This document shows positions 53,409 through 64,000 of a stretch of DNA of 64,000 nucleotides, in pieces. The notes below the pieces were generated by a model. The model saw only the letters and a program-made list of their open reading frames with translations. It was not told the DNA's origin and did no database searches. Where the stretch lies: NCBI GenBank assembly GCA_951406725.2, contig OX597821.1:744001-808000 (forward strand), written 5' to 3'. Position numbers and translations under genes: made by a program. Positions within the stretch are counted from its first letter, which is position 1, and each line of letters begins with the position of its first letter. The DNA comes from Octopus vulgaris (taxonomy: Eukaryota).

Positions 53409-54013
53409 TAATAATAAATGCTAACAATAATAATGAAGTATTGATGATAAAGTAACAACAATTAAAAAGTAGATTAACAAAAATAACAATTATCATCGTA
53501 CAACATAATATAACATATAATAACTACAACAACAACAACGACTTCTTTCGAGATAACACAAACATCAACAAATACAAACACAGACAATACAGTAATTATC
53601 TACAGAAACAATCATCATCATTATCGAAAAGAAGAAGAACAACAACAACCTAACGAAATGGCTTGTTATTGATCAATGATTGGACTAAGTACAATGTGAC
53701 CACCGCCAGCAGCAGCAGCAGCATCACCACCACCACCACCACCACCACTTGCAACGACCACCCTTATCTTCTGAATCCACCCACCCAAACCTCTCCACCA
53801 CCCATGTTATTTAAGCCTTATGTTTACTTGGCCGTGTGTCAGTTGGCAACTCTTGTCTCGTCTTCAGATTCCTGAAAATTAGGCCAATATTAGATATATG
53901 TCCCACCCACGACCACCACCACCTGCTCTTACTCACTAGCATATGCACACACACACACACGTGTGTGTGTGTGTCTGTGTGTCTGTGTGTATATGTGTGT
54001 ATGTGTGTATGTG

Positions 54014-54044
<31 letters not shown>

Positions 54045-54225
54045 GTATGTATGTGTGTGTGTACATATATGAATGTGTGTGTATATATATATGTGTGTAT
54101 ATGTATATATATGAATGCATTTTTTTTATTACCAGTGATAGCAATAAAACAACAACAACAAGAGCAATTATGATAAACTAACAAATGTAACAATCGTAGT
54201 ATTGATAGTAATGATGAATGGCAAT

Positions 54226-54264
<39 letters not shown>

Positions 54265-55310
54265 TGAACTAATTGTTCTAGTATAAATAGTAGTGGTACT
54301 TCTAGTAATAAAAAATAAATGCACCCTTTTAAAGCCTACCCAAGCTCATGGGCCTGGCTTCCCAGTTTCAATGGCGTTTGTGTTCCCCAGCTGGACGGGA
54401 CGCCAGTCCATCGCAGCATTAATGACTGTCTAACGATTCTGCTAATCCACTTTTGATTATATTTTTGCCAGCTGAGTGGACTGGGGCAACGTGAAATGAA
54501 GTGCTTTGCTCAAGAACACAACGTGTCACCCGGTCCAGGAATTGAAACCGCAATCTTACGATCATGGTGCTGACAGCCTAACCACTAAGCCATGTGCCTC
54601 CACGCTTCTAGTAATAACTGAGAAGTAATATCTGGGAAGTAAACCCAGCGACAGACAGACAGACAGGTGGGGTGGAGAATGGTGGTGGTGTCATAGTCTC
54701 AGTCTCTTAAACCAGGTTTGTGTTCCAGCATTATGAGTCCTAGGGCTAAAGAGAGAGAGACCTGAAGTCTTAGACTTTCACTTATAATAAAAGATCAGCC
54801 GAATGTGTGGCTATGTCAACGTGACTAGCTCACATGGCTATGCCGCACAGTGAGATTGAACTCAGTACTTCATGAATGCAAAGCAAACGTCTTGTTCAAA
54901 TTCTGCCAAGGCCAAGCAGATGCGCATTAAGTCAATGTAATTGATTGACCTTCTCCGCACCCAAAATGCTGGCCTTGTGCCAAAATGGGAAACCCATTAT
55001 TATTAAGGTAGTGCACTGGCAGAATCATTCACATAACTGATGAAATGTGAATGATTGGCATTTTGTCTGTCTTTATGTTCTAAGTTCAAATTCTGCCAAG
55101 GCCAACTTTGCCTTTCATCCTTTAGGGGTCGATAAGATAAAAACCTGTTGAGCACAAGGGTTGATGTAATCAACTCACCCTTTCCTCTGAAACTGATGGT
55201 CTGGCACCAACATTTAAAAACATTATTATTGGTTGAGCTATAATACTGTGACAGTTCACAGATGTCAGTAAATTAAAGACAGATAGTTCAGTTTTATATA
55301 TATATATATA

Positions 55311-56225
55311 TTATGTCATCCCATAAATAATGCAGTTCTTTTATACTTCTTTAATCTTTCAAAAGTTTAGATTAAAAAAGTTCTTTTTCAATCTAAAATA
55401 TACTCTCCTTCATTTTCTACAATGCTCTTCCTTCTATCTGGTAAACTTGCAAGGCCCTTCTTCCAATATTCACTTTGTCTGTGACAAAAAATACTCCTCC
55501 AGCACTGTTCTGATCTTGTCCTCAGAATTCATATTTTTTCCGTCCAAATAATTTTGAAGACTGTGGAATAAATGATAATTAGATGGAGCAATGTCTGGCA
55601 AATATGGTGGATGGGGCATTGTTTCCCATTCAAACTGCTCCTTCCTTTGGAATGTCATCCTCACTGTATGTGGCTGAGCATTATCCTGATGGAAGAACAC
55701 CTTTTAACTTGAAACCAAAGATGGCCATTTTCTGATGGCACAGAGGTGTCAATGAATGACTAAATCCAAGCTTCTCTGCTAGTTCTTCAACAGTTATGAT
55801 GGGATTTTGTTCCAGTAGGGTTTGCAGGATGTCCTCATTGAGCTCTACAGATCTTCCAGAATGAGGCTCATCTCCTAGGCTATTATTTCTGGCTCAGAAT
55901 TTCTAGAACCACCGTTGACACTGGCTTATGCTTATTGCCTGCTCCTCATATACTGCATTAATATTCCTTGCACTTTCCATTGTGTTGTTGCCTTTGTTGA
56001 ACTCATAAAGCAAAATATGCTGAATATGCTCCTTTGTTACTTCCATTATAGCTTTGAAAAAATAACTGTTAAAATCAAACTACACTCTTCAAAACTTACA
56101 CTAAGAATAAGGACAAGGTAAAATTCCTACCTGCTTTTATAGCAAGTTGATGCAAGTAGTTTATCCCTTCCTCCTCTGACTTTTAGTTCATGCAATTGAA
56201 AAAACTGCATTATTTATGGGGTGAC

Positions 56226-56229
<4 letters not shown>
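55311..56229 (-). mobile_element. Mariner (Tc1/mariner) DNA transposon, internally deleted and non-functional
   Basis: TIRs ttatgtcatcccataaataatgcagtt (55311) and aactgcattatttatggggtgacccaa (ends 56229) within TA runs. From ATG at 56046 the minus strand gives MEVTKEHIQHILLYEFNKG...QCQRWF*KF*...DEPHSGRS (HTH), then jumps to FFHQDNAQPH...HPPYLPDIAPSNYHLF. The WVPHEL linker and first catalytic Asp region are missing. Confidence 0.92.
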
Positions 56230-56277
<48 letters not shown>

Positions 56278-56411
56278 GTACTGCGCATGTATCGAAACCA
56301 TAAAGATATCTGTGGGTCAGCTGATGATGGAGGTATGCTGGATTGTTAGTATGGCTGTTTTTTGTATATGTGGAATAGTGTTTTAACATATCCTTTTGAT
56401 ATATGTATATG

Positions 56412-56463
<52 letters not shown>

Positions 56464-56467
56464 ACAA

Positions 56468-59411
56468 ATGAATAGATACAACAAACCAACACCACAAACA
56501 TATTGGACTCCCAGACATCCAAATAAGCCCTACCAAACACAAACCAAAATCCTGCTCCTTACACTGCCGAACCCCTCAATAAACAGATACACAAAATATG
56601 AAAGACAACCATCAACCCAAAACCCCACAAAAACAAACACACAAACAGCAAGACGAGCACAATACATACAACCAACAACCTATAACACTTGGAGAGAACA
56701 AATAGAATATGAACAACCACCAACACATAACACTGGACATCGTAAAAGGACACACACATGGAACAATAAACAAATGGATAGAAATCAACACATAACCTAC
56801 AACAAACATCGAGGAAATCGAAACCACACAAACACCAACCCCATGCAACCCCACAAATTTCCAAGATGGATAAAAAACAACTCCCATTATCAATACAATA
56901 CAAACACAATACATGAACCATCCACCTACCCACAAAGAAACCTGAACCCCAGTAATAAATATTGGCTCAACAAACACAGAAGATGGGAGGAAAACAACTA
57001 CCAAAGACAAAACAACACATACAGACCACACAGACCACCCCAACTACAAGAAAACCTAAGAACTGAAAATGGAATTTGGAGATGCAACAACACAACCCAT
57101 TTTTTAGGGAGAGGATACTTCAACCATACTCCAGACCCAATACACCAAAAATTCCGGGTGAACTCACAAAACACATAGACCCCAAAATAATAAACTTATC
57201 TAAAAGAGAACTTGACGAAAATGAAATGAACCTACTACTAAAAGGCCTCAAATTTACACCTACACCCACTCCAAACCTCATAGAACTAAAAACTGATATA
57301 GACAACTTCAGCCGCCACCTCCGCCTTATGGAATTCTTTGAAAATAAAGAAACAGAAGATAACTCAATCATAAGAAAAAAATCCCATTTCACCCCTTACA
57401 AGGGAAGTGACAAACACCTTGACACATACATAGAAACAATATCCAAATTCCCTCTCCACACACACAAATGCAAACAGAATCTCCGCAGAGGAGAAAAACT
57501 TACAAAAACTGAAAAATGACAACTCAATCATTATAAAAGAAGCTGACAAAGGTGGAGCAATAGTTATTATGTATACAGATTACTACAAAGAAAAGATACT
57601 GGAGTTGCTGAACAACCAGACATACTATAAAGAGGAACCAGCACCACCGGAGAAAGCAACAATAAAAAAAATTAGAACTTTAGTCAATGAATACCAGGAC
57701 TCCTTTACAGATAAGGAGAAAGACTATCTATGCAACTCACGAACCAAAGAAAGCAATTTTTATGGATTACCTAAAATTCATAAAAGCTCTGAAATACAGA
57801 GAGCCATAAAGGAACAGAGGAACCACTATATAAGAATACAAAGGCCTGCAGACCTCACAATGAGGCCAATAGTGGCAGGACCCCAGGCACCAACACAACA
57901 ACTAAGCCACTTCATAGATGTACTCCTCAAACCTTTATGCCCACAGATACCAAGCTACATAAGAGATGACATAGACTTCCTCACACACATTCTAAATACA
58001 GTCCCGCAAAAATACCATACTTGCAAGCTTTGATGTCACAAATCTATACACAAACATACCACACACCCTAGGTCTAGAAGCTATAAAACAATCGATAGAA
58101 AAATACAGAGAACTTATAGACGAACGCTTCAAGACAAACTTTATCACCCAAGCCACCCAACTAATACTCGAAGAAAATACATTCTCATTCAACAACAAGA
58201 CATACAGACAGATAAAAGGCATGGCTATGGGTACAAAATTCGCACCTTCATATGCCAACCTGGTGATGGGTTTCCTGGAGAACAAACTATATGATGAAAT
58301 AGGGAAATTCTTCAAACACGACTTCAGAGAAGACATCAAGAAAAAGTGGAAACGCTACCTCAATGACTGCTTCATCTTTTGGAACAGATCAGAAGAAGAT
58401 CTATGAATATTCCACAACATCCTCAATACGCTGCACCCATCTATCAACTTCACAATAGATACCAGCCACAATGAACTTCCCTTCCTAGACATCAACATCA
58501 ACATACACAACTCCATCGTCACAACAGACATCCACTACAAAAAAACTGACACACACCAATACTTAAATTTCCACTCCTGCCACCCATCCCACACAAAAAG
58601 AAACATCCCATATAGTATGGCAAGACGAATATGTAGCATAGTAACTGATTCACAAATACGACTAATAAGACTAGATGAACTCAAAAACTTCCTCCTAGAG
58701 CAAAAATACCCCCTTAAACTAATAGAAAATGGAATCACAAGAGCATTAAAACTAGACATCACACAACTCAGGACACCCAAAACAAAAAACAAAGAAAACA
58801 CTATCCCTTTTATAAACACACACAACCCTGGAGCTACCAACATCTTCCAAACCATACATTCAAACCTACCAATAGCCTTACAAAGCCCCCAAATGAAAAA
58901 CATATTAAACAAATATAGCATTAAAAACAGTAGACGACAGGACAAAAACCTAAAGAAACACCTAACAAGAGCGAAATTCTCTTCAGAAACTAAAACGGAA
59001 TTCTTGGCAAAAGAGTGCGGAGATGGTAGATGTGGGATCTGCAGCAACCCCACCTACAAATACATAGAGGGAAACAGAGAGATGAGATTTAAAAGTGGTG
59101 ACATATTCAAAGTAAATACAGATATGAACTGCAAGATGCAGAACTTTATATACTGCATAACCTGCCCCACGTGCAAGGAAAATTACGTAGGTGAAACTGG
59201 TAATTCTTTGTGCCAGCGAGCCAGGATTCACCGACAACATATTCGGCAGGAAGAACTACACAAAATACCACTAAGTACACACCTAGCTACGTGTGGAGAA
59301 GGAAAATTTAAGATCTTTCCCTTCTACAAATGTCTGAAGTACGACACCTCTTTCAGGAGGAATATGGAAAAATATTTCATAGCTAAGTTCTCCCCCAAAT
59401 TAAATGGCTGA
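56468..59411 (+). mobile_element. Penelope-like retroelement (RT + GIY-YIG endonuclease), near full length, disrupted; probably Neptune-type
   Basis: Collinear PLE motifs over frameshifted ORFs: IINLS..L...E..LL.KGLKF.PTP; IIIKEADKGGAIVIM; FYGLPKIHK; MRPIV; SFDVTNLYTNIP; YRQIKGMAMGTKFAPSYANLVMG; WKRYLNDCF (YxDD mutated to YLND); LPFLDI; HPSHTKRNIPYS; CGDGRCGIC Cys linker; NFIYCITCPTCKENYVGET (GIY-YIG). About three frameshifts and an in-frame TGA at 58404. Confidence 0.93.
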
Positions 59412-59426
59412 AACTTTACTCATCAC

Positions 59427-59999
59427 ACATTGAAGGACAAATCTTTCGATTTACAATATAATATAGTAGAACATTTAATATGTGTGTGTATATATATATA
59501 TAGGTGTGTGTATATATATATATATTACCTGTTATATACATTATATTGTTTTTGTAATTTACTTGATCTTTACTTGCCAATTGTCATTCTAATTTTAAAC
59601 TTCCTATGATATGCAATTTTCAAGATGGTGTAATTTGATTGTTCCTTTTGAATCGATAGAAGGTGGTTTTTTTCTAATATTTCATGTATAAGCATGTATA
59701 TATATATATAGTGACATTGAAGGACACATCTTTCGATTTACAATCTAATATAGTAGATCATTTAGTATATGTCTGTATATGTATATATATGTGTGTGTGT
59801 GTATATATATATATTGCCTGTTATATACATTATATTATTTTTATAATTTACTTCCATCTTTACTTTTCAATTGTCACTTTAATTTTAACTTTCCTATGAT
59901 ATACAATTTTCAAGATGGTGTAATTTAGTTGTTCATTTTGAACCGATAAAAGGTCTTTTTTCAAATATTTCATGTATAAGTGTGTATATATAGATAGTG
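59427..59999 (+). repeat. Two diverged tandem direct repeats of about 287 bp immediately 3' of the PLE ORF (pLTR-like)
   Basis: 59427-59713 and 59714-59999 both begin acattgaaggaca.atctttcgatttacaat and align through caattttcaagatggtgtaattt to atatttcatgtataag. Confidence 0.85.
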
Positions 60000-60087
60000 G
60001 TATAAATATCAACACAATTTTTTCCCCTTCCTCCCTTATTTTTCTTTTTTGTCTCTCTCCCCTTCTCCAAACACACAGAGACACGCG

Positions 60088-60158
<71 letters not shown>

Positions 60159-60733
60159 ACAGACACACACACACACCTCCACAAAATGATCATAAAAAGT
60201 GGAAAGAATTCTTAAACCCAAAAAAGCATTTGACCATTCTCACAATGATAAAAGGAAATATAATTTATGGCCTACCTCCCCGCCACCACACACTCAGTGA
60301 CACTGTGAAGTGGTCAAAGCTGAAATTCTTAGAACCTCCTTGGAGTCAATATTCTGTCCAGCAGACCAAAAAAAATTCTTTCCTTCTTTTTCCCTCTCCC
60401 TTTCCCTCTTTCTCTTTAGCACTCACCTCGGATACAAATACATACACACACACACACACACACACATACACATACACATACACACATGTTCTCTCTCTCA
60501 CTTTCTCCTCATCCACCTCACCCTCTTGTACTGTCATATAGTCCTCCCCACCACTACAAAACTCTATAAAATGATCAAAATTCCCCACAAAGGAACTTAT
60601 TTTGATTTGAAAACCCCACTAGAATGGGAGAAAGTGATAATGATCTAAGTGATATGATATATATATAAAAAATGTAATATATAAATAAATATCTGTAAAT
60701 ATAAACCATCCGATCTTCTGATTACCTCATTTC

Positions 60734-60768
<35 letters not shown>

Positions 60769-62432
60769 CATCATTTAACGTCTGTCTTTTATTGCTTGGC
60801 CGTATTGGACTGGTTGATAGGAGGTGGTAGGCGAGAGGACTGCTCCAAGTACCAACGTCTGTTTTACCCTTCCAAATGCCAACCATTTTATAGATTGGGC
60901 TGGATGCTTTATTTGTGGCATCAGCAGCAGCAGAACCATCAAGCAACTTGCAAGACAAGGATCCCTCATTTGAGAGGGGGAGTGGTAATTGAAGGAGGTG
61001 GGAGGCTTTGTACCTGGTGATAGGAGGTTAGAGTATGAAAGAGAGACAGAAAGAGGTGTCTTGGTATAGAGGAGATACATAGTTACAACAGTAGGAGAGA
61101 CAGGAGAGGAGATAGAGAGCAAGAGAGAGAGAGAGAGAGAGAGAGTACAAGAGAGAGAGAGAGAGAGAGTACAAGAGAGCTGGTGGCAATGTTCCAGGAC
61201 ATATTCTCAAGATACAAGGTGAATGTGAATGGAATGGTAGAGGACTGACATCTATGTATGTGTGTGTGTGTATACGAATTCGTTGACAACAGATGTTCTT
61301 TTTGAAGAACATCATGCCTATAGTATATGTAGTAAGAGCATGACAGAATAGATATAAAAAGATTGCTGAGATACACAATTTTGTATATATAAATAAATGT
61401 ATATGTATGGCGAAGGCAATTCGTTTCAGGGAGAAATAACTTGGAATAAAAGCTGATGCAGTGTAGGAGAGACACTTTAGTACTGGCAGACAACAGACTC
61501 CCACAAATGTGCCAGAGTCACAATAAAACGGCACACAAACCATACTGTACGGTGGCTGGTAATAAAAGTGTTCAGCTGTTAAAAGTAGCCAAAAATCATT
61601 ACAATGCAAAACCAGAAAGATTAATGGGTTTCTATCTTTTGTTGTTGTGTGTCAGATGATAAAGGATTGCGACAAGTGGCAAGAAGCTGCTGTCCTGGAA
61701 CACATCCATCTTACTTATGCCAGCATGAAAAAAAAAAAAAGAATATGGTTGTAAAATGATGATCGTAAATATATGATGCTGTGTAGTTAAGAAGGTTGTT
61801 TGGTAACATTGCGGTTTCTGGTTCAGTTCACACTGTGAGCTGTCTTGGGCAAAAAAATGTTTCCTACTATGACTGTTGGTTTGGTCAATGCTTTGTGAGT
61901 GAATATGGTAAACAGAAACTACATGGAAGCTTGTTGTGTGTATGTGTGTGTGTATTTGTGTGAGTGAGTGTGTATGTGTTGTGAGAGAGAGCGTGTGACT
62001 GCCTCTATGTATTGAAGAGTCTTTGGTAAAAATATAAAAAGAATTAAAACAAAAAACAAAAAGCAAGCTGCCTTTCGTAATTCACACTTGAAAATAAATT
62101 CTGGGGTTGACACCATCAGCTAAACCCTTCAAGATATTCTTTTCTACTCTAGGCACAAGGCCTGAGATTTTTGGGGAGGGAAAGGGGCAGTTGATTTGAT
62201 TGATCCTAGTACGCAACTGACACTCAATTTATTGACCTCAAAAGGTGAAAGGCAAAGTCGACCTCAGTAGAATTTGAACTCAGAACGTAAAGACAGATGA
62301 AATACCGCTAAGCATTTTGCCTAGGATGTTAATGATTCTGCCAGCTCACTACCTTCAAGATAGTGACCGAGTATCTCAGCACATCAATGACTGAATCAAG
62401 TAAAAGAGTAATACAAATAAAGATGTAAGTAA

Positions 62433-62469
<37 letters not shown>

Positions 62470-63113
62470 CGTGCGTATACATGTACACCATTATCGTTTT
62501 TACGTCTGCTTTCTATGGCAGTATGAGTTGGATGGATCATTAAGGTCTGAATCATATTTTACTAAGTGTCATTATTCTCGAAGATTGATGCTTCTGTATG
62601 TCATTTGTCTGTCTGTCTGTCTCATATATCAGTGTGTGTGTGTGTGTATGCACACACATGTGAGTGCATAGGTGCAAAACGAGGATTGTAAAAATTAGAA
62701 CTTGAATACCAATGGTAGAGTAAGATTATTTCAGAAACTGCTATTCGGAGTTTGATGGATCTGATCTCCAGACATTTATGAACTGAGTGAGAATTTGTGA
62801 AATCATTTCAGCTTGAATAAAGTACCTTTTTTTTTTTTAATCTCACATGGAGATAAACAGTCTGAAGAACAAGACGACAAATTAAAAATAGCCAAAATGG
62901 TTAAAGCTAAATGTGTGTGTGTGCATATTTCATCATGTTCAACCGTTAATCCTAACACATTTTTCTCATTCTCTCTATTTTTCCTCACATCCCTTTCTGT
63001 TAAAGAGTGTAGGCTTGAAACATCAGAGACTTTTCCATTACACCTGCTTATTGTTCCCTCACCTGTCTATCTTTTATTTTCTGTACATTTGAACCATATA
63101 TATATACATATAT

Positions 63114-63182
<69 letters not shown>

Positions 63183-64000
63183 TACACACACACATATATA
63201 TATAAACACACACACACACACGTGCACATGCACACGAACACACACACATATGAAATTTACATTTTTTTAATCTTTTGACATTAGGAAGGGCATCCAGCTG
63301 TAGAAACCATGTCAAACCAGACTGGAACCTGGTGCAGCCCCTCAGCTTACCAGCTTGGCACAAACCATCCAACCCATGCCAGCATGGACAACAGACATTA
63401 AATGATGGTGATGATGATGATCTTCACACTGTGCAGATCAACAAGACCTGAAACCTGAAATCACAACACTTATGATAATTCATACAATAAGTTAACTTAT
63501 ATCATTTTATAAATTCAAATACTCTGCTCTATATCACTGTACTGAGTTCTATATACTGTTTCTTGATATACTCTATTATATTATTTATCAAGCATTATCT
63601 GTGTGTGCACGTATGTGTTTGTGTGTGTGCATGTGCGTGCATGTAAATGTACTTCGCATTGATGCGACAATTTCTTGATCTAAACCTCCCAGTTAAAGAG
63701 TCAGTTAATCCGTGCTTTTACATATATTTATATATATGTGCGTGTGTGCATTTTAGCGTTGTCCGACATCCCAAATCCTAAGACAGAATGTTCCGTACTG
63801 CAAAGATAATACAGATAAAACAGCCATGACCTGAAAAACATTGATCAACCATTTGGTTGGATAGTCTGCTTCTTAGCCATTAGGTCTTATTGAGCAGACA
63901 ACAACAACAACAACAACTACAATAAGCGCTACTATGATACTTCTACCACTATAGTTTATAATAAACAGACACAGACAGATATTGGAGTTTATTACATAGA

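Noticed and set aside
56284-56340. Permuted (type II-like) hammerhead cgaaac..gtc-ag-ctgatga upstream of the PLE
   Set aside because: Only 2 nt separate the cleavage triplet from CUGAUGA, so stem I cannot form.

Overview
AT-rich, microsatellite- and SINE-dense animal genomic DNA; the repeat families suggest an octopod cephalopod (inference). Almost all six-frame ORFs are artefacts of (TA)n, (CA)n and (GAT)n repeats. The only host coding sequence I recognise is one 83-nt minus-strand exon (23327-23409) encoding the second half of RRM1 of a CELF3-6/Bruno-3 RNA-binding protein. Neither neighbouring exon was found, so the rest of the window is probably two giant introns. These carry a near-complete but disabled Penelope-like retroelement (RT + GIY-YIG, 56.5-59.4 kb), an internally deleted mariner, TTAA-flanked piggyBac-type elements, RTE and RLE LINE fragments, and dozens of tRNA-derived SINEs. 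The most unusual signals are: (i) about ten dispersed minimal type I hammerhead ribozyme motifs of the Penelope kind, two with an intact core and flanking the exon; (ii) a tRNA-headed SINE-like element containing a hammerhead and an inverted 5' end; (iii) a 172-bp near-perfect palindrome. All calls were made by eye, and repeat boundaries are approximate.
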